A stretch of DNA of 64,000 nucleotides from a virus, in IMG/VR virus record IMGVR_UViG_3300024359_000009, positions 3,232 to 67,231 of that record; one strand, 5' to 3'. Positions 1-9,863 of this stretch are shown one piece after another. The notes beneath the pieces are model-generated. The model saw only the letters and a list, made by a program, of their open reading frames with translations, was not told where the DNA came from and searched no databases. A program made the translations under genes and the position numbers. Every line of letters starts with the position of its first letter. The first letter of the stretch is position 1.

Positions 1-77
1 AGAATTATTTAAACTGTTTAATACAAGTGATATTGAAAGTTTAGTAAAAGAAGTTAATAATTTTAAAAAAGATTTAG

Positions 78-416
78 ATGGCTGATAAAAAAATAAAGTT
101 TGAATTAAACTTACTGATCAGAGAAGGAAGAGATAAGGATGAAACTGAATTAGGAATGCAAGTAGAAGGAAATGGTAATGATTTATCATTTGCTGTATTT
201 TCAAATTGCCTAAGTCATTTCAAAAGAATGAAAGAAACTGGAGAAGATCCAGAAGGAGAAGTAGTTGTTGATATTTTTCAAACAATAGCAGAAGGATATA
301 TAGGAGGCTTAATAGCTTTTAAAGAATCTAATGATTATAAATCAGAGGCTATGGAAGAGATTGATAAATTAATCGAAAAATTCGTCTCACTCCACACTGA
401 TACTTACAAAAAATAA
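78..416 (+). CDS. hypothetical protein
   Basis: 112-aa ORF, co-oriented with the replication arm; no motif recognised. Confidence 0.6.
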   Translation: MADKKIKFELNLLIREGRDKDETELGMQVEGNGNDLSFAVFSNCLSHFKRMKETGEDPEGEVVVDIFQTIAEGYIGGLIAFKESNDYKSEAMEEIDKLIEKFVSLHTDTYKK

Positions 417-442
417 TTATTTTGTAGCTTAAATTTAAAGTT

Positions 443-598
443 ATGAGGTACAGTAAAAATTCAACAGTAAGATTAAAAAAAGATCCTGAAAATCAAACAG
501 GTCAGATTTCAAAAGTATTTGAAAGACACGGAGAGTATTTAGTAATATGGGATGATGGTACTACATCTATTGAAACAGATGAAACCATTATCCTCTAA
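443..598 (+). CDS. small hypothetical protein (51 aa, SH3-like beta-barrel pattern)
   Basis: Not in the ORF track. ATG at 443 gives MRYSKNSTVRLKKDPENQTGQISKVFERHGEYLVIWDDGTTSIETDETIIL then TAA; it fills the gap between neighbours. Confidence 0.6.
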   Translation: MRYSKNSTVRLKKDPENQTGQISKVFERHGEYLVIWDDGTTSIETDETIIL

Positions 599-609
599 AA
601 CAAATAAGT

Positions 610-1008
610 ATGTTTAAAGAAACAGAACAAGCATTCGCTAAAAAAGGAGATCCAAGAGAAGACTTAGAATCTTTACAAGGAGCTATTAAAGCAATCGAAG
701 TAGAAATAGAAGCTGAATTAGCAATAGATCAAGAGCAATCTATGTTTAGCTTTGTAAGACCTTGTGAACAAAAAGTTAAGGTTAATCCTGGACATCAAAA
801 ACAATTAGAGTTATTAAACTTGTTTTTTAAAGGAGATGTTCCAGAAGAAATTAAAAACTCTCTGGATGATAAAGGAGAAGCTATTGAAATAGTTCCGAGA
901 GTAAGTGTTATGAGTCTTAGTAGCACAGAGAGTATTAGAGTTCTTAGTTTAGTTAGAACTATCTACAAAGAGCAAGAAGCAGCATTGTTGGAGAAACTAA
1001 ATGGATAG
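610..1008 (+). CDS. hypothetical protein
   Basis: 132-aa ORF ending 2 nt before the polymerase start. Confidence 0.6.
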   Translation: MFKETEQAFAKKGDPREDLESLQGAIKAIEVEIEAELAIDQEQSMFSFVRPCEQKVKVNPGHQKQLELLNLFFKGDVPEEIKNSLDDKGEAIEIVPRVSVMSLSSTESIRVLSLVRTIYKEQEAALLEKLNG

Positions 1009-1010
1009 TT

Positions 1011-3002
1011 ATGGAAGACGGAGCTTCTCAAGAATTGGAGGGGAAAAAAGAAACAAAAAAAAGCACTACTATACATTTTATCAGCAAAAAACCAAGAACA
1101 TTCGATAGTCTAAATATTAAGCATAATCAAATTTCAGCAAAAGAGATTTTAGACTACTGTTTATCAAAAAAGATTCTTGCTGTTGATACAGAGACTGAAG
1201 GATTGGATTTCCTTACGAAACGTGTAATTATGTTTCAAATAGGAGATGCAGAAAATCAGTTTGTTATTGACACACGAGATTACGACATATCGTTTCTTAG
1301 GCCAGTGTTAGAATCAAGAACTATAAAGAAATTATTACACAATGTAAAGTTTGACTATAAATTCATCAAGAAATGTTACAATATAACTCTTGAGAATATT
1401 TATGATACTATGATTAGTGAAAGAATTTTGAGTACAGGGAAGGATATATTACCTGGTTATCACAGTTTAGAGCAAGTATGTTTGAGAAGATTAGGGAAAC
1501 AGCTGGATAAATCCACTCGAAACCAGTTTATCAATTTGGGTGGTCAACCATTCACAGATAAGCAAATAGTTTATGGCGCAGAAGATGTTGAAAATCTTAT
1601 TAAAATAGCTAAAAGCCAAATAGAAGAGGTCAATAAGTATGGTTTAGGACCTGTTTTAGAGCTTGAAAATGAGGTGTCTTTAGCTTTTTCTGATATAGAA
1701 TACAATGGGATCGGTCTTGACGTTGAGAAGTGGAAATTAATAGCTGATGACTCTAAAATAGAATTGGACAATGCATTGAAAGACCTGAATGAAGAAATCT
1801 TTAAAGATTCTTTATTTACAAGGTATATAAATAAAAATGTTCAAATAGATATGTTTGCAGAGACTGCTGAATATGAGGTACTTATGAACTGGTCAAGTCC
1901 CCTCCAAGTTCTTACTTTGTTTAAATTGATAGTTCCTACCTTAGAAAATGTAAATGCAAAAGAACTCTACACAATTAAAAATAGACACGTTATAATTAAA
2001 AAATATATACGTTATAAAGAAGTAGAGAAGAAATCAAATGCATACGGTATGGCTTTCCTTAAATATTTAGGAGCTGATAATCGTATTCATACATCATTTA
2101 ACCAAATCCTAAACACTGGTAGAGTAAGTAGTCGTGATCCAAATATGCAACAAATTCCTGCTGATAATAAGTATAGGAATTGTTTTATTTCTGGGTACGA
2201 TGATTGGGTTTTTGTATCAAGTGATTACAGTTCTCAAGAATTATGTATTATAGCCTATGGTTCTAAAGATCCAGTATGGCTAAAAGCATTATCTGAAGGA
2301 AAAGACTTGCATTCTGTTTGTGCAGAGTTGGTATATGGTAAAATTTGGGAAGATGCCCAAGATCCAGATTGTGATTTTTACAAGATAGATCCAGTTACCA
2401 ATGAGATGCAAAGGTCAAAATGTAATTGTAAAGAGCATAAATCTTTACGAAATGGTGTTAAAACCATAAATTTCGGATTAGCTTATGGTATGTCCAAGTT
2501 TAAGCTGGCTGACACTCTTCTGATAGAAATAGAAGAAGCAGCTATGTTAATTGAAAAGTATTTCTCTTCTTTTCCAAGTATTAAAAAATTCTTAGATTCT
2601 TTGGGAACCTATGGGTTGGATAATGGTTTCATTAAAACTTTTGCACCTTATAAAAGAATTAGGTGGTTTAGTAAATGGAAACCAAATATAAGAAAAGATA
2701 GAGATTTATTTAAGGAAGTAGGTAGTATAGAAAGAGCATCAAAGAATACTCCAATACAAGGTTCTGGTGCTGATATGTGTAAGTATGCATTGACTTTAGT
2801 ACGAGATTACATAGCAGAGCATAATGTGCCTGTTAAAATTGTAATGGCTGTACATGATCAAATCGATACTATAGTGCATAAAGATTATGCAGAACAATGG
2901 AAAGAGGAGTTTACAGCTCTGATGAAGAAATCTACGCTACCTATAATTCCAAATGGATTATTAGAAGCTGATACTAATATCAGTGATTTTTGGGAAAAAT
3001 AA
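1011..3002 (+). CDS. polA: family A DNA polymerase (3'-5' exonuclease plus polymerase, no 5'-3' exonuclease domain)
   Basis: Exo I AVDTET, Exo II HNVKFD, Exo III YGAED; TGRVSSRDPNMQQIP; motif A DYSSQE; motif B RNGVKTINFGLAYG; motif C VHDQI. Confidence 0.95.
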   Translation: MEDGASQELEGKKETKKSTTIHFISKKPRTFDSLNIKHNQISAKEILDYCLSKKILAVDTETEGLDFLTKRVIMFQIGDAENQFVIDTRDYDISFLRPVLESRTIKKLLHNVKFDYKFIKKCYNITLENIYDTMISERILSTGKDILPGYHSLEQVCLRRLGKQLDKSTRNQFINLGGQPFTDKQIVYGAEDVENLIKIAKSQIEEVNKYGLGPVLELENEVSLAFSDIEYNGIGLDVEKWKLIADDSKIELDNALKDLNEEIFKDSLFTRYINKNVQIDMFAETAEYEVLMNWSSPLQVLTLFKLIVPTLENVNAKELYTIKNRHVIIKKYIRYKEVEKKSNAYGMAFLKYLGADNRIHTSFNQILNTGRVSSRDPNMQQIPADNKYRNCFISGYDDWVFVSSDYSSQELCIIAYGSKDPVWLKALSEGKDLHSVCAELVYGKIWEDAQDPDCDFYKIDPVTNEMQRSKCNCKEHKSLRNGVKTINFGLAYGMSKFKLADTLLIEIEEAAMLIEKYFSSFPSIKKFLDSLGTYGLDNGFIKTFAPYKRIRWFSKWKPNIRKDRDLFKEVGSIERASKNTPIQGSGADMCKYALTLVRDYIAEHNVPVKIVMAVHDQIDTIVHKDYAEQWKEEFTALMKKSTLPIIPNGLLEADTNISDFWEK

Positions 3003-3411
3003 CAAAAACATGGGTAAAATTGTTGGAGATGTAAGCAGTTTTGGAACTCTCTGGATAGATAACAAGACTGAAAAAGGTTTTGTAACTTTATCTTATAAAG
3101 GGAAAGTCCTGGACAAATGGGAAGAAGACAAAGAAGACAAACAAGTACTGGCTATGTCAGTGCATAATCCTACTAAATACCTTATACATAAAAAAATGTT
3201 ATGGTTTACAGTAGGTGATCATGTTTTGTTTTGTCCTAAAGACCTTCGTGCAAACGATAGAACTATAAAAAGTTGTAGTTTTAGAGTAAGAGATGTACAT
3301 TGGGATTCAAATGGGGTGGTATATAGTGTATCACTTGAGAATGTTTATGATGCAGTAATACAATATTATTTTGTAGATGTGTCGTACATTCGATTAATGA
3401 CTAAAAGATAA
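2983..3411 (+). CDS. hypothetical protein (true start may be ATG 3010)
   Basis: 142-aa ORF filling the gap between polA and the helicase. Confidence 0.55.
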   Translation: MIFGKNNKNMGKIVGDVSSFGTLWIDNKTEKGFVTLSYKGKVLDKWEEDKEDKQVLAMSVHNPTKYLIHKKMLWFTVGDHVLFCPKDLRANDRTIKSCSFRVRDVHWDSNGVVYSVSLENVYDAVIQYYFVDVSYIRLMTKR

Positions 3412-3415
3412 AATT

Positions 3416-4720
3416 ATGTCTGTAAATGCAATTAAGGATAAAGTACAAAGAGCAGCTTTAAACAAATGGTTTGTTAATGGCTGTAAAGGTACTCTTGAAA
3501 TGGCTACAGGCGTTGGTAAATCAAGGTGTGGGGTTCTTGCTTCTCAGTATGTTGTAAAACATAAACCTGATGCAAGAATATTAATAATTACCCCTACACA
3601 AACTATTAGAGATGACGCATGGGTAGGAGAATTTACTCAATGGGGAGCTTCTGAGTTGTTAAGTACAAATGTTGAGATTCAATGCATACAAACAGTGTAT
3701 AAATGGAAGAATGAGCATTTTGATTTAATAATAGCAGATGAGGTACATAATTACGTTCCAGACGTACAGAACAAGGATTTCCAATATTTTAAGTTCTTCC
3801 TGGAAAATAAATTTGATAAGATACTTGCATTAAGTGCAAGTATCGAATCAAGTCTTAAACCGAGATTATGGACTATTGCTCCTATTGTTGAGACAATCTC
3901 GACTGCAGAGGCGTTAAGAATGGGGTTAATAGCTCCTTTTAAAGTATTCAATTTAGCTATTCCCCTTACTAAACAAGAGCAAGGAGAGTATGATAAGGCA
4001 ACGGAAGTGTTTGAAAAAACCTTTTCAATCTTTACAGATTCAAGAGGATTTAAAAACATTCAAGTATTGTTCAAGTGTCTAAACCCTGTCGCATTTAAAA
4101 CATTCCTTCAAAAAGAAGGATATAGTGCGAAAGATTTTAGAGACATGAGAGCTTGGCCTCAGTTATGTATGAATGCTATGAAAACAAGAAAAGATATTAT
4201 CTACAATGCAGAGAATAAAATCCAAGCTGTTGTAGAAATACTTGAAAAGTTTTCAGATAGAAGAGGTATAGTGTTTTCACAGTCTATTGACTTTGCAAAC
4301 TCGGTATCGCAAGAATTAGGTCCAAAAATAGCAACTACTTTTCATTCTAAACTTACTAAAAAGGTTAAGAAACAAATGTTAGATGACTTTAACGATCTAA
4401 AAACTTCTACAAGGGCTATTATATCAGCCTCAGCGTTAAATGAAGGTGCTAACCTTAATGATGTATCACTTGCTATAATTGCATCTGGTACATCCAAAGA
4501 AAAAGACTTTATCCAACGTCTTGGTAGAGCTGTCAGATTGAAAGAAGGTAAAGAAGCATATATGATTCGTCTGTATGTAGAAGGTACTAAAGAGCAATCT
4601 TGGTTAGCTAAAAGTCAGGAGAATTTTCCTGGCTGTTTTATTAATAATATTTCTGAAATTAACAACGAAATTTACAATCAAAAGAGTAAAGAAGTAACAA
4701 AAAATACTTATGTTTGGTGA
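3416..4720 (+). CDS. superfamily 2 DEAD/DEAH-like helicase
   Basis: Walker A MATGVGKS, DEVH box, LSAS motif III, motif VI QRLGRAVR. Confidence 0.92.
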   Translation: MSVNAIKDKVQRAALNKWFVNGCKGTLEMATGVGKSRCGVLASQYVVKHKPDARILIITPTQTIRDDAWVGEFTQWGASELLSTNVEIQCIQTVYKWKNEHFDLIIADEVHNYVPDVQNKDFQYFKFFLENKFDKILALSASIESSLKPRLWTIAPIVETISTAEALRMGLIAPFKVFNLAIPLTKQEQGEYDKATEVFEKTFSIFTDSRGFKNIQVLFKCLNPVAFKTFLQKEGYSAKDFRDMRAWPQLCMNAMKTRKDIIYNAENKIQAVVEILEKFSDRRGIVFSQSIDFANSVSQELGPKIATTFHSKLTKKVKKQMLDDFNDLKTSTRAIISASALNEGANLNDVSLAIIASGTSKEKDFIQRLGRAVRLKEGKEAYMIRLYVEGTKEQSWLAKSQENFPGCFINNISEINNEIYNQKSKEVTKNTYVW

Positions 4721-4728
4721 TTATTTCG

Positions 4729-4736
4729 TATATTTG
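4729..4736 (+). promoter_or_regulatory. putative Bacteroidota-type -7 promoter box (TATATTTG)
   Basis: Matches TAnnTTTG in the intergenic gap upstream of 4781; a TTTG lies at 4713-4716. Confidence 0.5.
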
Positions 4737-4780
4737 AGTAAGGAGAATCGGTGTAAAATCCAAAAAATTTAAAGTAACTT

Positions 4781-5383
4781 ATGGTAGTAGAAATAAACGT
4801 GGACTCTCTCTTTGAGGAGAGGCTAAGTCCGTCTCAATATCTATTATTGTTCCTCTGTTTTGAAAAGAAATTCAATACGGTAGACAAGGTTATTCATAGA
4901 GGTTTTATTACAAACGAAGAGTTAAATGAACTTATAGAGAAAGGATTTATACTACAAAAAAATATAGATTGGTCTGAAGTAGAAAGTGAAAAGATTACAT
5001 TTTCCAAAAAAATGCTTACAGACCTATTTGTATCCGATGTAGATGCTTATTTTCATGAGTTGTTTAGTACGTTTCCTATAAAAGTGTCCAGTAATAGAGG
5101 TATGAGAATGCTTAGACCTCAATCATCAGATGCTAAAGAAACAAAAGAGTGCAAAGCAAAGTATAAAAAGTATCTCGGAACTGCGAACCAAGCAGCAAAA
5201 CATGCTCACGTTATGAATTGTCTTAATGCAGAGTTAGCTTTTAGAAAGCAAAACAATTCATTAGGATTTATGAGAGCATTTATTACTTGGATAAACAAAA
5301 ACGAGTGGCTTACTTACGAACATTTAATTGATTTAAGTAACACAACTAAAACAACTATATCGTATGGAAACACACTCATCTAA
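4781..5383 (+). CDS. putative replication initiator / helicase loader
   Basis: N-terminal wHTH-like part; C-terminal FHELFSTFP...FITWINKNEW resembles phage initiator C-termini; overlaps the dnaB start. Confidence 0.5.
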   Translation: MVVEINVDSLFEERLSPSQYLLLFLCFEKKFNTVDKVIHRGFITNEELNELIEKGFILQKNIDWSEVESEKITFSKKMLTDLFVSDVDAYFHELFSTFPIKVSSNRGMRMLRPQSSDAKETKECKAKYKKYLGTANQAAKHAHVMNCLNAELAFRKQNNSLGFMRAFITWINKNEWLTYEHLIDLSNTTKTTISYGNTLI

Positions 5384-6368
5384 GCCTAAATTATTGGCTG
5401 TAAAACCTATTGTAGAATCCACCAGAGAAGCTGCAAGGTATATTAACGATAGAAGGTTAGGGCTTATAAAGTCTTTAACAACTCCTTGGTTTAAATACAA
5501 TGAGATAGCTATGGGTGGTTTGGAATGGAATACTATTCATACAATAGGTGGTAGGTCAGGTTCAGGTAAAACTGCAATATTAAACCAATTAGAAACCCAG
5601 TTAGGATTTTTAAACGAGGACGAAGATTTTGATATTTTATCGTTTAACTTTGAAATGTTATCTCGTAATCTTGTTGGTAGAAAGTTTGCAAGTGCATTAG
5701 ATAAGACAACACAAGAACTGTATAGTGGTAAGTTAGGTCAGAAGCTTGACGATGAAACTTATGCAAAAGTATTAGAAGAAGGTGCTAAAATAGCTAAATT
5801 GAACGTTCATTATGTAGAACATTCAGGAACAGTAGAGCAAATCGAAAATACTATCCATAATTTTATTGGAAAAGCTCTGGAGAAAGATCCAAACAGAGGT
5901 CTTGTTGTTTTGTTAGACCATACTATCCTTGTACAAGGTAAACAAGGTGAATTAGAGAGAATTGTTCTTGGAGAATTAATGACAATGTTTAATAGATTAA
6001 AGAAACTTTACAAAATAGCATTTGTAGTTTTAACTCAATTGAACAGAGATATTGAATCTTCAGATAGAATGACTGATCCTCATCGTCATTTTCCACTTAG
6101 AAAAGATGTATTTGGAGGTGATATGGTTTATCAGTTTTCAGATGTAGTAATGGTTTCTATGAATCCAGAACAAATGGGACTACAAAGTTATGGGCCTCAC
6201 GGGTGGCCTGTAGCTGGTTATGTATATTGGCATTTCATAAAAGTAAGAGAGGGTGAACCTTGTGTTGCTCAAATGAAAAACATGCTGAAATACAGTAGAA
6301 TTGAAGAACCCGAACATCCTATGCAAGTAACAAAACCTAATAATGGTTATGATATGAGCAAAGTTTAA
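5364..6368 (+). CDS. dnaB: DnaB-like replicative helicase
   Basis: GGRSGSGKT, FNFEM, LLDH, LTQLNRDIE, QFSDVV, KVREG motifs. Confidence 0.92.
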   Translation: METHSSKPKLLAVKPIVESTREAARYINDRRLGLIKSLTTPWFKYNEIAMGGLEWNTIHTIGGRSGSGKTAILNQLETQLGFLNEDEDFDILSFNFEMLSRNLVGRKFASALDKTTQELYSGKLGQKLDDETYAKVLEEGAKIAKLNVHYVEHSGTVEQIENTIHNFIGKALEKDPNRGLVVLLDHTILVQGKQGELERIVLGELMTMFNRLKKLYKIAFVVLTQLNRDIESSDRMTDPHRHFPLRKDVFGGDMVYQFSDVVMVSMNPEQMGLQSYGPHGWPVAGYVYWHFIKVREGEPCVAQMKNMLKYSRIEEPEHPMQVTKPNNGYDMSKV

Positions 6369-6399
6369 AAGTATTTATTAACCAATAAAAATAGAGAGT

Positions 6400-7068
6400 A
6401 TGGCTACATTAGTCCAAGTGCTTGGTGAACCTGGTACAGGTAAAACCTTTTCAATGCGCAACTTAGATCCAGAAGGTGTTTTATACATCAATGGTGATAA
6501 GAAAAACATGCCTTTCCGTGGGTGGAAAGCAAAGTACAACAAAGAAAATCGTAATTACGTATCTACTTCAGATATTTCTATGATTATGACTTTGTTGAAC
6601 AAAGTTAATACCGATCAACCTCACATCAAGGTTATCGTTATTGATACTTTAAATTCTATTATGTCTGATAAAGAAATGTCAGAAAGAAAGAAGAAAGGTT
6701 ACGATAAATGGATGGATCTTGCTGGAGATGTTTACGATTTATATCGTTTAGTAGCTTCGTTAAGAGAAGATTTAACAGTTTTCTGCATTGCTCATACAGA
6801 AGATTACTTAGGTAAAGACGGTATTCCAAGACAAAGATTGAAAACAAACGGAGCTAAGTTAACTAAGTTAAACTTAGAAGGTTTAACAACTTACACGTTG
6901 TATGCGGCAATTGTCAGAGGAGAAGGAGAAGTTACTTACTGTTTTGAAACTCAAAACAATGGTTATAACACAGCTCGTTCACCAGAAGGAGTGTTCGAAT
7001 CGTTTCAAATACCTAATGATCTTGCAGCAGTAGACAAAGCAATCAGAGATTACGAATTAGGAGAATAA
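6400..7068 (+). CDS. AAA_24 / Sak4-like ATPase (putative recombinase)
   Basis: GEPGTGKT Walker A, IVIDT Walker B, IAH motif; sits next to an SSB-like gene. Confidence 0.75.
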   Translation: MATLVQVLGEPGTGKTFSMRNLDPEGVLYINGDKKNMPFRGWKAKYNKENRNYVSTSDISMIMTLLNKVNTDQPHIKVIVIDTLNSIMSDKEMSERKKKGYDKWMDLAGDVYDLYRLVASLREDLTVFCIAHTEDYLGKDGIPRQRLKTNGAKLTKLNLEGLTTYTLYAAIVRGEGEVTYCFETQNNGYNTARSPEGVFESFQIPNDLAAVDKAIRDYELGE

Positions 7069-7102
7069 TTAATTAATTACAAATTTTTAAAAATAAACAT
7101 AT

Positions 7103-7690
7103 ATGTATAGTTTAGATCAATCAGTACAAGAAGAATCGAATAATTACTTTTCAGTAGGTATTCATGAAGCAGTAACATTAAAAGATATTTCGTTAGAAAC
7201 AGCTTCTAATGGAAATCCGTATTTAAAATTTCACTTTGAAGGAGATAAAGGTGAGCAAGTATCTCACACAGAATGGCCAATCGCAAGTGATGACGCTAAT
7301 TTTGAGAAAAAAGTTAAAAACTTCTTAATCAGAATCAAGCACATCTGTACTAAGTTTGTACCTGCAGAGGCTGTCAACATCTCTGCACCGACATTCGAGG
7401 ATTTTGCAAACCAAGTTATTGCAATGGTTAAACCAAATATTCACAAAACAAAATTGAGAATTAAATTGGTTTACAATTACAGAAACTATGTTTCAATTCC
7501 TAAGTATGTTCCATTTGTAGAGGCTATGTCTGTTACATCTGACAAATCAAGATTGAAAATCGATCCAGGATTTGACAAAATGGAAAAAGAAGATGGTGAT
7601 GATCCAAAATTGGGTAATGGAGCTGCACCAGCTACTCCAACTGCAGGAGCACAAGCACCTGGAGCACCAGATGATGATATGCCTTTCTAA
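7103..7690 (+). CDS. putative single-stranded DNA-binding protein
   Basis: Beta-rich N-terminus, Pro/Ala linker and acidic C-terminal tail DDDMPF typical of SSBs. Confidence 0.7.
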   Translation: MYSLDQSVQEESNNYFSVGIHEAVTLKDISLETASNGNPYLKFHFEGDKGEQVSHTEWPIASDDANFEKKVKNFLIRIKHICTKFVPAEAVNISAPTFEDFANQVIAMVKPNIHKTKLRIKLVYNYRNYVSIPKYVPFVEAMSVTSDKSRLKIDPGFDKMEKEDGDDPKLGNGAAPATPTAGAQAPGAPDDDMPF

Positions 7691-7711
7691 AAGAGCATTC
7701 TAATTATTAAT

Positions 7712-7742
7712 AAAAGAGTGTGGCAAATGTCACACTCTTTTT
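7712..7742 (+). terminator. intrinsic terminator
   Basis: AAAAGAGTGTGGCA-AA-TGTCACACTCTTTTT hairpin with a T-tract after the SSB gene. Confidence 0.8.
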
Positions 7743-7753
7743 AATTTAAAGAT

Positions 7754-8806
7754 ATGTACGATACTAATAATTTACTATCCTTTGACACTTTATTACAAAA
7801 TGTAGAGCCATATCAGATATTTAGTTATTACTTGGGGAAAGATATAAGACTTAGTAAGGCAATGCAGAGCCCACTAAGAAAAGACTCTAATCCAAGTTTT
7901 GCTCTACATATTTCTAAAACTGGTTATTTGTATTACAATGATTGGTCTACTGGAGATTGGGGAGGACCAGTGCAATTTGTTAAGAAATTATTTAACTTAC
8001 CAGATCTGTACTCGGCTGCATCTAAAATAAATTATGATATGGGCTTAGGTTTGTATGATGATAGGATGAGAGGTGATTCTCCTGAAAAGTATCATGGATT
8101 TAAAACACAATTTAGTCAGTCAGAGATTGAACTAATTGCAAAAGAAAGTTCTATTGATATTAAAATCAAGCAAAGAGAATGGTCTGAAGAAGACTTGGAG
8201 TATTGGGCTCAATTTGGTATCACAAAAGAAATACTTGTTTATTACAATGTATTTCCATGTGAAAAAGTGTATGTTAATAAGACAATAATATACGTTGAAA
8301 ATAAACGGGTGTTTAAACCTGCTTATGCTTATGTATATTTCAAAGACGGAGAGTACTCTTATAAGATATACCAACCTTTAACTCCAGAGTCTAAATGGAT
8401 TTCAAATGTAGATTTATCAGTCTTACAAGGATGGGATCAAATGCCTAAAACAGGAAAAACTTTGATAATTACTAAGTCTCAGAAAGATGTTATGACTCTT
8501 TTTAGCTTAGGAATATCAGCTGTAGCATCACAAGGAGAGTTAATAGGAGTGAAACCTCATATCTATCAAGATTTAAAAGAGAGGTTTAAATTCATATACT
8601 TTTTAAATGATTTTGATAAAGCTGGTGTTATAGGTACTAAAAAACAAAAAAAGTTAGTTCCTGAAATTAAATACTTTTTCTTACAAACATTTGACACTAA
8701 GAAAAATGGTTTTAAAGATGTGAGTGATCATAGAAAAGGACATACTGCTTTACAAACTGTAGAGCATTTAAGAAATTGTTTAACCCGCTGGAATCCCCAG
8801 CAATAA
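7754..8806 (+). CDS. dnaG: DnaG-type primase
   Basis: SPLRKDSNPSF (degenerate zinc-binding domain); TOPRIM elements IITKSQKD, DFDKAG, KDVSD. Confidence 0.85.
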   Translation: MYDTNNLLSFDTLLQNVEPYQIFSYYLGKDIRLSKAMQSPLRKDSNPSFALHISKTGYLYYNDWSTGDWGGPVQFVKKLFNLPDLYSAASKINYDMGLGLYDDRMRGDSPEKYHGFKTQFSQSEIELIAKESSIDIKIKQREWSEEDLEYWAQFGITKEILVYYNVFPCEKVYVNKTIIYVENKRVFKPAYAYVYFKDGEYSYKIYQPLTPESKWISNVDLSVLQGWDQMPKTGKTLIITKSQKDVMTLFSLGISAVASQGELIGVKPHIYQDLKERFKFIYFLNDFDKAGVIGTKKQKKLVPEIKYFFLQTFDTKKNGFKDVSDHRKGHTALQTVEHLRNCLTRWNPQQ

Positions 8807-8816
8807 AAATATAGAA

Positions 8817-9299
8817 ATGGGATATACACATTATTGGGATAGACCTATTAAATTCAACGAAAAAGATTTCGAAAAATTTACAGGAATGTGCCACAAAATA
8901 ATAGAAACATGTAAACCTACAAGTCCAGTTGGAGGGGTTTATTATAAAGGAGAAGAAGTCAAAATAGTAGGTGTAAATTCTAAAAAAGATTCTAAGCCAG
9001 ATATATCTGGGGCACACGTAAAGTTTAATGGTGAGGGTGATTTAGGACATGAGGCTTTTATAATTGAAAACAACCCAGATCTTGTAGATGCTTTTGGGTT
9101 TTGTAAGACAAATAGAAAACCATACGACATTGTGGTAGTAGCCTGTTTAATAGCTTTTAAAAGAGTTTTTGGTACTGCTGTAAGTATTAGTTCCGATGGT
9201 GGATTTGAGAATTGGAAAGATGGAATAGAATTTTTTAACGCTTGCTTTCCAGATGATATTGTGCATGAAGGAGATGTACATAGCTGGATAAATAGATAA
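8817..9299 (+). CDS. conserved phage protein of unknown function (MGYTHYW...FCKTxRKPYD...SSDG pattern)
   Basis: 160-aa ORF with a motif pattern I recognise from phage hypotheticals; function unknown. Confidence 0.6.
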   Translation: MGYTHYWDRPIKFNEKDFEKFTGMCHKIIETCKPTSPVGGVYYKGEEVKIVGVNSKKDSKPDISGAHVKFNGEGDLGHEAFIIENNPDLVDAFGFCKTNRKPYDIVVVACLIAFKRVFGTAVSISSDGGFENWKDGIEFFNACFPDDIVHEGDVHSWINR

Positions 9300-9302
9300 G
9301 GT

Positions 9303-9863
9303 ATGTCAAAAATACTATACACAGCAACAATACCTAAGTTTAAAACTCACGTTAAGCAAAGTGCTAACAAATGGAAGAAAATTAATGGACAATCTATTTA
9401 TACAGGTGCTCATCATAGAGTGAGACATTTGTTTATGGAACAGATTCATTCTTATTTAACCATGTTTATATCTCCTATAAATGGGATGTTAACAGAATAC
9501 CCACTTGAGATCAACGTTAAAATTTACGCTCCTATAAATTATGGAGATGTAAAGAGACTTAGAGGAAAAATAAGTTGGAAAAAACCAGAACCAGGGTATG
9601 AACCTTCGTGGGACTTGGATAATTTTGCTTGGATTTGGATTAAAGGAATGCAAGATGTTTTACAAAAACAAAAGGTGTTACCTGAAGATACAGTTAAGCA
9701 TATTAGAAAAGTAAGCTACGAGTTTATTCCAATAGAAGAATTAGAAGACAGAAAGATGGAGTTAATGATTTGTACAGCAGATACTTATTGGACTTCTTTC
9801 TGGAAAAAATTATTTACTAAAATTACACCAAATGGAAATCAAAAAACCCTTGATCTTAATTGA
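9303..9863 (+). CDS. RusA-like Holliday junction resolvase
   Basis: DLDN and QDVL...LPEDT acidic motifs of the RusA family; replication context. Confidence 0.6.
   Translation: MSKILYTATIPKFKTHVKQSANKWKKINGQSIYTGAHHRVRHLFMEQIHSYLTMFISPINGMLTEYPLEINVKIYAPINYGDVKRLRGKISWKKPEPGYEPSWDLDNFAWIWIKGMQDVLQKQKVLPEDTVKHIRKVSYEFIPIEELEDRKMELMICTADTYWTSFWKKLFTKITPNGNQKTLDLN

Noticed and set aside
1011-3002. Intron or intein in polA (also checked dnaB, terL and the MCP gene)
   Set aside because: Motifs are contiguous and protein lengths are normal; no homing endonuclease or intein signatures seen.
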